A stretch of 64,000 bases of DNA from an uncultured Gemmatimonadales bacterium. GTDB lineage: Bacteria > Gemmatimonadota > Gemmatimonadetes > Gemmatimonadales > GWC2-71-9. Below, one piece after another: positions 21,595-30,923 of this stretch. Location: the NCBI GenBank assembly GCA_963825055.1, contig CAWGSK010000015.1, positions 1-64,000 on the forward strand, given 5' to 3'. Within the stretch, counting starts at the first letter, position 1; each line of letters begins with the position of its first letter. The translations under genes were made by a program, and so were the position numbers. The notes beneath the pieces are model-generated. The model saw nothing but the letters and a program-made list of their open reading frames with translations. It searched no databases and had not been told where the DNA came from.

Positions 21595-24086
21595 TCCGTT
21601 CCCCCGACGGTGTGTGGTGCGGCAACGGTCCGGAGCCGACGATCCGACCGGCGGGTGAATACCCAGGCCACTGGGGCGCCCAGCGCGCCCTGCAGGCTGG
21701 CCCAGAGCAGCGGGAGCGGCAGCCGGTGCCGACCGATCAACCCGACCGCAATGCGCCCGAAAAGCCAGGGCACCCAGTGACCGAACGCGAACCGCAGGAG
21801 GGCGCCCCGGGGGGCATCTCCCGCCTGCCATCGCTTGATGAGATAAACGCCGAAGGCGCGGCCGTCATCACGGAGCTGCCGCCGAAGCTCGCTCATCTCG
21901 CGCCGGTGCCGGTGCCGCACGAGGGCGCCGGGCTCGTAGGCCAGGACATGGCCGGACGCAAGCATCCGGTAGAACATGTCGAGATCGCCTCCTCCATGCG
22001 AGGGTGTCCCCACGTCGAGTGCCGTATCGAACCCGCCGAGGCGCTCGAGCGCCTCGCGGCGAAAGGCCATGTTCGCCCCCACGCCGAATCGCCAGGCTGC
22101 CAGACGCGCGGCGGGCTCGAGGGCTCTCCCTTCGACCCGCCGCGCAGTGAACCCCTTGCCCATTCCCCCGTAGACTTCCTCGAAGAGCAACTGGGCCCTG
22201 GTGTCCAGTTCCAGCGGAGTCACGAGGCCCGTTACCGCCTGGACCCCGGGTTCGTCGAACCGCCGGGCCAGGGCCGTAAGCCAGCCGGGGTCGGGACGGG
22301 CGTCGTCATCGGTATACGCGACCAGGTCATGGCGGGCGGCTGCCAGGCCCCGGTTCCGGGCCCAGTCCAGGCCGGGCCGTGGCTCGCGGACCAGCGTCGC
22401 GCCGTGCCTCTCGGCCACGCGGGCGGTATCGTCGCGGGTAGGGGCGTTGTCGACCACGATCACTTCATATTGCGGGTGATCCTGCTCGCGAAGGGCGGAC
22501 AGGCATCCGTCCAGCAGTTCCGGCCGATCCCGGGTGCATACGATGACGCTGACCGGGTCGAGAACCGGAGCCTCCCCGATGGTCCGGTGAAAAAGGAGCG
22601 GTCGCAACTGCTTTCCGGCCTGGTCGACCACCGCCTCCAGGACCGTTGTTGCCGGCACAGGCCTTCCGGCGCCGCGCGCGACGCGGACCCATCCCACCGG
22701 CCGGCCGTGATTGCGGACCAGCAGCTGGGCCCAGCTGTACCGGGGCTCGAAGTTCAGGGAGGGTACGCCCGCCGCGAGCTCGAGGTCACCCACGAGGCGC
22801 GGGCGCCGGAAATCCTGCCACCATCCCGGTTCCTCAGGCAGGACGGTCGGGACTTCAGTCGGAAGCTCAGCGCCGAGAGGTGTTTTCCGGGCGCCGCCGG
22901 CCGCCGTGATGGCGGCATAGCGGCCTGCCAGCGGCCCGGCCAGGGTGGCGCGGAGGTGATTCACTTTCAGGGGCTCACCACCGGCAACGGCCGGCAGATG
23001 GCCGATCCGGATGCCGTGCAGCCTGACGACCGCGGCGCGCGGGCGTGCGCGTTCGAGCTGGAGTGCGGCGGGATCGAGCCCGTCGCGAAGCTCGATCACT
23101 TCCACTCCCGTTGCGCGATCGGGGGCCTGGTCCGGTAGATCCAGGACGACCTCGAGGGACATCTCTGCGGAGACCCCGCGCCAGTACCGGTATTCGCGGA
23201 GCAGACCGAAGAGACCGCGCCAGGCCCGTCGCATCCGCAACCGCTCCAGGAGGCCGAGCAGGCGGTGGAGTCTTCCGGCCCAGCGGTCTCCCCGCCGCGG
23301 GGCTCGAAAGGCCATGCGGTTCATGCTGCGTGCAAGCCAGGGCCGGTGGTCGGTAAAATGGGACACGAGCATCGAGGGAGCGGCTGAAGGGTGGCGCCCG
23401 GCGATGCAAGCGTCGGCCCCGCCCTCGTGTGCGGCCCGGCGGAGCGCTCCCCGCAGGTGCGGAAGGTCATGGTGTGTGGCCCGGGCCCCCGGAACGAACT
23501 GCAGTGACACACCGGCCTCGATTGCGCGAATGCCGAACTCGTAATCCTCCCGGCAGCGGAGTCCCTCGTCGAACCCGTTCAGTGCGAGGAAGCGTTCCCG
23601 CCCGATCGCAAAGTTGCCGCTCAGCATGTCGCGGTAGCTGTATTGGTGTCCCGGGTCCGCCATGTTGCGGTACTGGTGCTCCCACCAGGCACGAGCGGAG
23701 GCGGCGAGGAAACCCCGCCCCCCCCGCATCGGGGGGCTCATGCCGATCAGGACCAGGTCGGGAGCGGCGGCGGCCGCGTAGTGCTCGACCAGGTCGGGCA
23801 CCGGCTCCATATCATCGTCGAGGAAGACCAGGAGGTCATGGGTCGCCGCCCGGGCACCACGGTTCCGGGCCGTGGCGGCCCCGGAGCCGTGCAGCTCGAT
23901 GAGGGAGATTGCGGGCCATGCCTCCCGCACCCGTGCCTCGGTCGCGTCGTGACAGCCGTCCGCCACCACGATCACCTCGAGCGGGCGCGGGTGCCAGGTC
24001 TGGCGGCCGAGCGCATGCAGCAACCGCTCGAGCGAGCCGCACCGGTCGTGAGTGGGGATAATCACGCTCACCGACGCTGTGGTCAT
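21591..24086 (-). CDS. Double-domain GT2 glycosyltransferase
   Basis: Domain 1: SVIIPT, ARNRGA, FLDDD, GFDE...EDYE. Domain 2: VIVCTRDRP, VVDNA, ARNRGL, YTDDD, GGFD. Confidence 0.9.
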   Translation of the reverse strand: MTTASVSVIIPTHDRCGSLERLLHALGRQTWHPRPLEVIVVADGCHDATEARVREAWPAISLIELHGSGAATARNRGARAATHDLLVFLDDDMEPVPDLVEHYAAAAAPDLVLIGMSPPMRGGRGFLAASARAWWEHQYRNMADPGHQYSYRDMLSGNFAIGRERFLALNGFDEGLRCREDYEFGIRAIEAGVSLQFVPGARATHHDLPHLRGALRRAAHEGGADACIAGRHPSAAPSMLVSHFTDHRPWLARSMNRMAFRAPRRGDRWAGRLHRLLGLLERLRMRRAWRGLFGLLREYRYWRGVSAEMSLEVVLDLPDQAPDRATGVEVIELRDGLDPAALQLERARPRAAVVRLHGIRIGHLPAVAGGEPLKVNHLRATLAGPLAGRYAAITAAGGARKTPLGAELPTEVPTVLPEEPGWWQDFRRPRLVGDLELAAGVPSLNFEPRYSWAQLLVRNHGRPVGWVRVARGAGRPVPATTVLEAVVDQAGKQLRPLLFHRTIGEAPVLDPVSVIVCTRDRPELLDGCLSALREQDHPQYEVIVVDNAPTRDDTARVAERHGATLVREPRPGLDWARNRGLAAARHDLVAYTDDDARPDPGWLTALARRFDEPGVQAVTGLVTPLELDTRAQLLFEEVYGGMGKGFTARRVEGRALEPAARLAAWRFGVGANMAFRREALERLGGFDTALDVGTPSHGGGDLDMFYRMLASGHVLAYEPGALVRHRHRREMSELRRQLRDDGRAFGVYLIKRWQAGDAPRGALLRFAFGHWVPWLFGRIAVGLIGRHRLPLPLLWASLQGALGAPVAWVFTRRSDRRLRTVAAPHTVGGTD

Positions 24087-25258
24087 CCCCGGCTCCTGCG
24101 CGACCGCAGGTAGGCCCATGGTCCTGCCAGGCATCCCCGTAACTCGGCCCAGGCGAGGGGGAGCGGTGGGGCGCCGGGCCGTCCGAGCACCGCGCGCAGG
24201 ACGCGCCGCAGCTGGTCATGCCGGAACCATCCCCATGCCGCGGGGAGAACGCCCATTTCTCCATCCTGCAGCAGGGCGCGGGTCCACGCCGCGTACGTGC
24301 CGACGCCGTAGCCATGCAGCGTGTCGGCCAGCTCCGCCCAGCCCTGCCGGTGTCGGTGGCGAACGAGCGCTTCCGGTTCATACACCACCTCGTACCCGCT
24401 GGCGAGAATCCGGGTGAACATGTCGTGATCGCCGCCGGAGCGGGTGGGCGTGCCGGCGTCGAGCGCCTCGTCGAATCCTCCCACCAGTCCGGTCACCGTC
24501 CGGCGCAGGGCCATGTTGACCCCCGCCCCCATCGGGCCACTGATCAGCGGATTGTCGGCGGCCGCGGAAAACACCCGGCGCCGGAACCCCCGGCCGAACC
24601 CGCCGTACTCTTCGAATGCCTCCTGGGCCCGGGTCACCAGCTCAAGCGGGAGCGTGAGACCCGTGACGCAAAGAACACCGGGTTCGCCGAAGTTCCGCTG
24701 CAGTGCCCCGATCCACGCCGGGTCGGGGACGGCATCGTCATCCGTGAAGGCCACCACGTCGGTTGTGGCTTCCCGAAGCGCGCGGTTGCGGGCAACATCG
24801 AGCCCCGGACGGTCCTCCCGTACATAGCGCACCGCCTTCCTCGATTCCACCAGGCGCATGGTGGCGTCTCCCTGCGGAGCGTTGTCCACCACCAGGACGG
24901 CATCGGGCGCCGGGTCGAGTCGTCCGATCGCGTCGAGGCACCGGGCAAGATCGTCGGGCCGGTCGCGGGTGCAGACAGCCACGGTGCAGGACGGGAGGTC
25001 GGTGACCCGTTCGTCCTCCACGCGCCCCAAATGCCGGGCGGCCCATCGTTCCCACAGGACATCATCGCATTGCGCGGCGAGTCGGGGACCGAGATCGGCA
25101 GCCGGCGCCGCCACATATCCGCCAGCCGCGGGCAGCAGCGCCTGGCCGACCGGCACGCCGCCAAGGCGTACGAGGATCAGGGCGTGGTCGGCGCCGTCGG
25201 GCACGGGCACCCGCTCAGGCAGGCGTTCGAGTTCGAGCTCAAGGATGGCCGTGGCCAT
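24083..25258 (-). CDS. GT2 glycosyltransferase
   Basis: VAVCTRDRP, VVDNA, GLDVARNRAL, AFTDDDA, GGFDEALD. Confidence 0.9.
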   Translation of the reverse strand: MATAILELELERLPERVPVPDGADHALILVRLGGVPVGQALLPAAGGYVAAPAADLGPRLAAQCDDVLWERWAARHLGRVEDERVTDLPSCTVAVCTRDRPDDLARCLDAIGRLDPAPDAVLVVDNAPQGDATMRLVESRKAVRYVREDRPGLDVARNRALREATTDVVAFTDDDAVPDPAWIGALQRNFGEPGVLCVTGLTLPLELVTRAQEAFEEYGGFGRGFRRRVFSAAADNPLISGPMGAGVNMALRRTVTGLVGGFDEALDAGTPTRSGGDHDMFTRILASGYEVVYEPEALVRHRHRQGWAELADTLHGYGVGTYAAWTRALLQDGEMGVLPAAWGWFRHDQLRRVLRAVLGRPGAPPLPLAWAELRGCLAGPWAYLRSRRSRG

Positions 25259-26053
25259 TCAGCTGCCCGACGCCCCGATGTACTGCGCCGTGACGTCCGC
25301 CACGGGGCCCTGGGCACGCACCCGGCCGTGGTCGAGCCAGACGGCCCGCTGACAGAGGCCGCGGATCGTGTCCAGGTCATGCGAGACGACGATCATGGTG
25401 CCGCCGCCGCTGCGAAATGACTCGAGTCGCTCGAAGCAGCGGCCACGGAAGGATTCGTCACCGACCGCAAGGACCTCGTCGAGGAACAGGATATCGGGAT
25501 CGACGCAGATGGCCACCGCAAAGGCCAGGCGCGCCTGCATGCCGGAGGAGTAGTACTTCACCGGTTCGCCGATGAAGTCGCCAATGTCCGCAAACGCGAC
25601 CATGTCCGGAAGGCGGGTGGAGATCTGCGCGCGGCTGAGGCCGAGGACGGCGGCGTAGGTGGCGGCGTTCTCGAGGCCGGTGAGCTCCGGATTGAATCCC
25701 ACGCCAAGTTCGATCACGGCTGCGAGGCGGCCCCGGGTCCGGATGACGCCCTCCGACGGCCGGTAGATCCCCGCCATGAGCCGGAGGGCGGTGCTCTTGC
25801 CGGAGCCGTTCCCGCCGATCAGGGCGACCGACTCGCCCGGCAGGACCCGCAGCGAGAAATCCTGGAGGGTGAACTGGGCGTGGCGGACGTGGATCGGCCG
25901 CCGCAGCACCGTGCGGATGAACGCCTCCCGCAGGGAGGTCGTCCGGTGCTCGTAGTGGTAGAAGCGTTTCACCACATGCTCGCACTCGACCGCCGGCAGC
26001 CCCGCCGGTTCAGACGATTTCGGCAAAGAGGAGCTTGTAGCGGTTGAAGGCAT
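25259..26053 (-). CDS. wzt: Polysaccharide ABC exporter ATPase (Wzt/TagH type), no C-terminal carbohydrate-binding domain
   Basis: Walker A GGNGSGKST; GFNPELTG; YSSGMQARLAFA; LDEVLAVGD; VSHD. Confidence 0.9.
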   Translation of the reverse strand: MPSTATSSSLPKSSEPAGLPAVECEHVVKRFYHYEHRTTSLREAFIRTVLRRPIHVRHAQFTLQDFSLRVLPGESVALIGGNGSGKSTALRLMAGIYRPSEGVIRTRGRLAAVIELGVGFNPELTGLENAATYAAVLGLSRAQISTRLPDMVAFADIGDFIGEPVKYYSSGMQARLAFAVAICVDPDILFLDEVLAVGDESFRGRCFERLESFRSGGGTMIVVSHDLDTIRGLCQRAVWLDHGRVRAQGPVADVTAQYIGASGS

Positions 26054-26822
26054 GGTAACCGATGGCCAGGAGTACCACCGTGAAGCCCGTGGTGGCGGCG
26101 AGGAGGCTCAGGGGAGGGAAGCGCCCCTCGTACAGGACCGTGTGGAAGAGCGTGAGCAGTCCCGCGATCGGGTTCAGGAAGTACAGGTTGCGCATGGCGT
26201 CGGGCACCATGCTCGCCGGATAGAACACCGGCGACACGTAGAACAGCATGAGCAGGACGATGGGCAGCGCGTGCTGCACGTCACTGTAGAAGACCGAGAG
26301 CGTGGCGATCGGCATCATGAAGCCGAGGGCGAGCAGGACCTGGAGCAGGAGCAGGACAGGGAGCAGGACGTAACTCGCGGGAATACCGTGGTGGTGTATG
26401 ACGATCAGCGCCGTCAGGGCGATCAGGAGCTCGACGGCGAACTCCACGAACCGACCCGCTGCGGTGGCGAGAAGCAGCACTTCCCCGGGGAATGACACAC
26501 TCCTCCTGAGGGCGGCGTGTTCATGGATCACGTACGTGCCCGAACTCAGCATCTGGAGCATGTAGTTCCAGACGAAATACCCGCTCAGCAGGAAGGCCCA
26601 GTAATGCTCCACCCGGATCTTGACCACATAGTGGAACACCAGCACCAGTATGGCCACGGTAAGGAGCGGATTGAGAAGCGTCCACACAAACCCCAGTACC
26701 GAACGCTGGTACTTCACCTTGAGCTGGCGGACGATGAGGCTCCGGAGCAGTTCCCGGTATGCCCACACCTCCCGCCACACCGCCGGACGGCGATCGCTCG
26801 AGACGACCGGGACCGCCGTCAT
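26010..26822 (-). CDS. wzm: Polysaccharide ABC exporter permease (Wzm type)
   Basis: Start MTAVPV; KVKYQRSVLGFVWTLLNP, DVQH, FYVSPVFYP, LNP. Confidence 0.9.
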   Translation of the reverse strand: MTAVPVVSSDRRPAVWREVWAYRELLRSLIVRQLKVKYQRSVLGFVWTLLNPLLTVAILVLVFHYVVKIRVEHYWAFLLSGYFVWNYMLQMLSSGTYVIHEHAALRRSVSFPGEVLLLATAAGRFVEFAVELLIALTALIVIHHHGIPASYVLLPVLLLLQVLLALGFMMPIATLSVFYSDVQHALPIVLLMLFYVSPVFYPASMVPDAMRNLYFLNPIAGLLTLFHTVLYEGRFPPLSLLAATTGFTVVLLAIGYHAFNRYKLLFAEIV

Positions 26823-27781
26823 GAGTCGTTCCCCTGGCGGCGCTGCGCGGCCGTGCGCCGGGCGCCGGGATAGGCGGTCAGGCCACGCCAGCACTGGCCC
26901 CACATCCGGAGGAGCGCCGCCGCGGGCAGCGGGTCACGCCCGGCGGCCCGGCGGAGGAGCCGGACACCCGGCTTCAACAGGCGCCAGCCCAGGAAGGCCG
27001 CCACGGAGGCGCGATGCGGAGTCCCTCGAGCCACGTGCTTGCTGAGCCACGTCACCAGCGCGCGCTGGTGGCCGATGATCTGGTCGATGGCCACGGATGC
27101 GTCCCGTCGGTGCTCGTGGCGCGCAAGCGCGCCCGGGACGTACACGACCCGGTGCCCGGCGCCCAGGAGGCGCCAGAGCATGTCATGGTCTCCGCCACCG
27201 GGCAGGGCGGTGCCCAGGTCGAGCGCCTCGTCGAAACCCCCGATGGCGAGCGCCGCCTCGCGGCGGACGGCCAGACTGCAACCGCTGCCGACGCTTACCG
27301 CCCAGGCGATGAGCGGCGCGGTCCGACCATGCAGCCGGCGGCCGGCATCGTCCGGCAGCGTGACGGCATGTTCACCCCGCCCGAAGCCGCCGTTGTCCTC
27401 GAACAGGCGCTGGCCCTCGGTCTCGAGCGTCAGGGGCTCGACGCGTCCCGTGCAGGCCGCGACGCGGGGATCCGTGAATGCGTCCCGCAGCGCTGCCGCC
27501 CAGCCCGGGTCGGCCACCGCGTCGTCGTCGAGGAAGGCCACTACGTCCCCACCGGCCTCGCGGAGAGCCCTGTTGCGCGCGAAGTCCAGGCCCTGGACCT
27601 GCTCGTGCACAATCCGGGCGCCCGGCAGCGGCTCGACGGCCGGGACGTCGTTGTTGTCGACGACCAGGACCTCCTCCGGCATGGATTGCTGCTCGCGGAG
27701 CGATGCGACGGCCCGCCGGAGTTCAGCGGGCCGCTGCCGGGTGCAGACCGCGGCTGTAAGTCTGATCCATTCAACCGTCAT
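26819..27781 (-). CDS. GT2 glycosyltransferase
   Basis: Start MTVEW; AVCTRQRP, VVDN, GLDFARNRAL, AFLDDDA, GGFDEALD. Confidence 0.88.
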   Translation of the reverse strand: MTVEWIRLTAAVCTRQRPAELRRAVASLREQQSMPEEVLVVDNNDVPAVEPLPGARIVHEQVQGLDFARNRALREAGGDVVAFLDDDAVADPGWAAALRDAFTDPRVAACTGRVEPLTLETEGQRLFEDNGGFGRGEHAVTLPDDAGRRLHGRTAPLIAWAVSVGSGCSLAVRREAALAIGGFDEALDLGTALPGGGDHDMLWRLLGAGHRVVYVPGALARHEHRRDASVAIDQIIGHQRALVTWLSKHVARGTPHRASVAAFLGWRLLKPGVRLLRRAAGRDPLPAAALLRMWGQCWRGLTAYPGARRTAAQRRQGNDS

Positions 27782-28734
27782 CGCGTTCGTGCCTCCACCA
27801 TGGACTGCGCGCCGGATGCCCGCCGGGCGAGCCAGCGCCGTCCCCCGCGAATGGTGCCCAGCGCGTAGGCGAGACGGGACAGGAGAACGCCGGGCCACAG
27901 CCACGCGACCTCCCACCTTCCCGCACGGAGCCAGGCCCCCGTGATATATGCGGTGGATGCCAGCGCGCCCGGCAGCGCCACCACCATCATGAGGCGCGGG
28001 TACCGGTACAGCCACGCACCGCGGACGGCCGGCGCGCGGGCCTTGCTCTCGAGTGAGCTGTAGCCCCAGCGATGCGCGCGGCGCATGAGGTTGACGAACC
28101 CGGGGCGGTTCCGGTGCCAGGCGACGGCACGAGGCTCGAAGAGAATTTGTTCGCCATTCTGCAGCGCGCGGTATTGCCAGGCGAGCTCCTCGTGCCCGTC
28201 GGCCATGGGCTGGGACTCCTCATACCCACCGGCCTCCCGGAACACCGCCCGTCGGACGCTCAGGTTGGCCGGCGAGTGGTTCGCGACCACGCCCCGTGGG
28301 CGGCGGGGATGCATGTGGTACCCCGTCGCGAAGTAATCGCAGCGCGCGCTGACCGGCAGGCCATCCGGCATGGCCAGCGCGCCGCCCACGATGGCTGCGC
28401 CGTCGGCGTGGGCGCCGAGCAGCGCGTCCAGCCAGCCTTCCGAAGGCACGCAGTCGGCATCCAGGAAGACGAGCGGATCGCCGGTGGCGAGCTCGGCGCC
28501 CCGGTTCCGGGCGCGCCCCGGGTTGCCGCCGCCCGCGAGGGCCATCACCCGGGCGCCCGAGGCCCGTGCGATGTCCGCGGTCGTGTCGACGGATCCGTCG
28601 TCCACCACGATGATCTCCATCCGGCCCGCCCAGTCCTGCGCATGCAGGGCCTCGATGGTGTCACGGATCCTCCCCGCCTCGTTCCGCGCGGGGATGATGA
28701 CGGACGGGTGGAAGTCAGTCGCCTCAGCGTGCAC
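27778..28734 (-). CDS. GT2 glycosyltransferase
   Basis: GTG start at 28734; SVIIPARNE, VVDDGSVD, ARNRGA, FLDADC. Confidence 0.88.
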   Translation of the reverse strand: MHAEATDFHPSVIIPARNEAGRIRDTIEALHAQDWAGRMEIIVVDDGSVDTTADIARASGARVMALAGGGNPGRARNRGAELATGDPLVFLDADCVPSEGWLDALLGAHADGAAIVGGALAMPDGLPVSARCDYFATGYHMHPRRPRGVVANHSPANLSVRRAVFREAGGYEESQPMADGHEELAWQYRALQNGEQILFEPRAVAWHRNRPGFVNLMRRAHRWGYSSLESKARAPAVRGAWLYRYPRLMMVVALPGALASTAYITGAWLRAGRWEVAWLWPGVLLSRLAYALGTIRGGRRWLARRASGAQSMVEARTR

Positions 28735-29968
28735 GGGCGCCTTTCCCGCGCACGCCCGCGTCCTGGTACAGGTCGTCGACGTCCCTGACGAACGCGGGCC
28801 AGCCCAGTTCCGCCTCGGCCCAGCGCCGGGCGCTGGCACCGAGGCGGGACGCAAGGGCCGCGTCGTCCAGAAGGCGGAGGATCCCGTCCGCCAGCGCCGG
28901 GGCGGTGGGTGCCACGAGCAGGGCCCGGTCAGCGGACAGCATCGTGCGGTGCGTCGGCAGGTCCGTCGCGACGATCGCGCGGCCTGCCGCGAGGTAGTCG
29001 AAGATCTTGAGCGGCAGGTTTCCGCCGTAGACCCTCGGGGAGACGACCACGTCGGCCAGGTGCAGGTAGGACGCGAGGGACTCGCGCGGCTGGCGCTCGA
29101 CGAGGCGGACGCGGCCATGCGGGAGGACCTCCCCGATCCGCCGCCGGGCGGAGGCGCTCTCGGCTGTGGTTGCTCCGACGAGCACGAGCATGACGTCGTC
29201 CCGCGCCCGCAGGACCGGCCCCGCTGCTTCCAGCAGGAGGTCGATGCCCTGGTACGTCTCGAATGTGCCACTGTAAAGTACGACGCGCTGATGTTTCCCG
29301 AGGCCGAGGTCGGCGCGGAGTGCCGAGAGGTCCCCGTCACCCGTGAGGGGCGCCGCCGGTGCGAATCGCCATTCGCGCGCCAGTGCGTCCGGGGCCTGGC
29401 GGCGGACTCGCGCAAGCAGGCCCGCGCTGCAGGCCACCGCGTCGGCGCGGCGGAGCAGCCAGCGTTCGGCCCGGTCGAGCAACGGAGAGAGCAGGCGGAA
29501 CTCGCCGCGTGCCGCCAGCTGCTCCGCCATACTGGAGTGCATGTCGTAGACTACGGGCAAGGCATGGCGCCGGGCATAGTGCACCGCGAGGAAGGCGGAC
29601 TCCTCGACGGCGTGCACCGCGGCATAGGGAGTTTCGCAGAGGACCTGTCGCAGCCGGCGGGCGAGTGAGAGGTCGAGCATCACCTTCCGCCAGCTGAAAC
29701 CGACCGGCACGCTCCGGATGCCGAGGGGATTGGCCGCGCGCAGGATCCGCACTCCTTCGTCGTGGATATCCTGACCGAGGGGGTACGTCAGGATGTCCAC
29801 CGGGTGCCCCAGCTGCCGGAGTGCCACCACCACCTGGCGTACGCAGATCGGGGTGCCCCGGTCCTCGTAGAACGGCTCGGGGGCCACGACGAGAACGCGA
29901 CCGGGTCCGGCACCGGCCAGGCCGTTATCCGCCACGGGGTCCCGCTCGAGAACAGGAGTGTCGGTCAT
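28724..29968 (-). CDS. GT4 (GT-B) glycosyltransferase
   Basis: Start MTDTP; YDMHSS, YSGTFETYQGID, PLKIFDYLAAGRAIVATD. Confidence 0.88.
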   Translation of the reverse strand: MTDTPVLERDPVADNGLAGAGPGRVLVVAPEPFYEDRGTPICVRQVVVALRQLGHPVDILTYPLGQDIHDEGVRILRAANPLGIRSVPVGFSWRKVMLDLSLARRLRQVLCETPYAAVHAVEESAFLAVHYARRHALPVVYDMHSSMAEQLAARGEFRLLSPLLDRAERWLLRRADAVACSAGLLARVRRQAPDALAREWRFAPAAPLTGDGDLSALRADLGLGKHQRVVLYSGTFETYQGIDLLLEAAGPVLRARDDVMLVLVGATTAESASARRRIGEVLPHGRVRLVERQPRESLASYLHLADVVVSPRVYGGNLPLKIFDYLAAGRAIVATDLPTHRTMLSADRALLVAPTAPALADGILRLLDDAALASRLGASARRWAEAELGWPAFVRDVDDLYQDAGVRGKGARAR

Positions 29969-29978
29969 GGGAGCGCCA

Positions 29979-30752
29979 TCAGAAACCGGTAGTCTGCCCG
30001 CGCGCCAGCACGTTCGCGGCCTCCGCGCGAATCGCGGGGTTCGGGTCGCGCAGGGCTCCCTGAAGGGCGTAGCGCGCCGGCTCGCCGACTCGGCTGAGGG
30101 CCCGGGCGGCGCCGTCCCGGAGCAGGGTGTCACCTGAGCCCAGAGAATGGATCAGGATTTCGAGGACCTCGTGGTTCGTTGCGGCGGTTGTGGCGAGACG
30201 GCGTATGGCCTCCCGTCGCTCGACGCTGTCGGGCGACTGGAGCCCCCGGACCATGTTCAGCTCGCGAAGCTTCCTCCCACTCATCTGGTCCTGGGCCCAG
30301 ACGATCATGGCGCGCACTCCCGAATCGGGCTCGGTCCTGCGGGCGCGGGACAGTGCCTCGGGGGCTCCCTCGATTCCCGGGCCCGCTTCGCCCAGGCCAT
30401 ACGCGGCAAGTCGCCGTACCCGGGCACTGGAATCCCGCAAGGCCTCCAGTAATACCGAGTCAGCGGGCCCGCGGATGTGAGCCAGCGCCCATGCGGCCGT
30501 ATTCGCCGCGTCAGTGGAAGTGTCGGTGAGTTGTCGGCGGAGGGCGGGAATCGCAACGCGGGCGGTGTCGCCCATCGTTGCGAGATGGGCGGCGGCCCGG
30601 GTCCTGACGGCGGCTGCCGGGGCCGCGAGCTCAGCAGTCAAGTGGGCCGGATCCCCTGCAGCCGGGGGCTCGGGCGCTCTCCCCGAGCAGGCGGAAAGGC
30701 CCAGGACCGCCACGGCTATGACGGAACGGCGACACCACACGGATCGCAGCAC
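29979..30752 (-). CDS. HEAT/PBS-lyase-repeat lipoprotein
   Basis: Lipobox LGLSAC; repeats of the form L.D....VR..AA.AL. Confidence 0.8.
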   Translation of the reverse strand: MLRSVWCRRSVIAVAVLGLSACSGRAPEPPAAGDPAHLTAELAAPAAAVRTRAAAHLATMGDTARVAIPALRRQLTDTSTDAANTAAWALAHIRGPADSVLLEALRDSSARVRRLAAYGLGEAGPGIEGAPEALSRARRTEPDSGVRAMIVWAQDQMSGRKLRELNMVRGLQSPDSVERREAIRRLATTAATNHEVLEILIHSLGSGDTLLRDGAARALSRVGEPARYALQGALRDPNPAIRAEAANVLARGQTTGF

Positions 30753-30923
30753 GGTATTCCCTCAGTGGCCGTCGATCTCAGTGTCGCCTGACAAGTTGGG
30801 CGCTCCCCCGAGGGGCGTGGCCCGCTCCGCATTCGGGGTGGCTGGCCGCGCTGGAGATCTTACCGGCCGACAGGCGCAAGTCTCAGGCCTGAGTATAGGG
30901 GCGGTGCCGCCCGGCTGTGAAGG

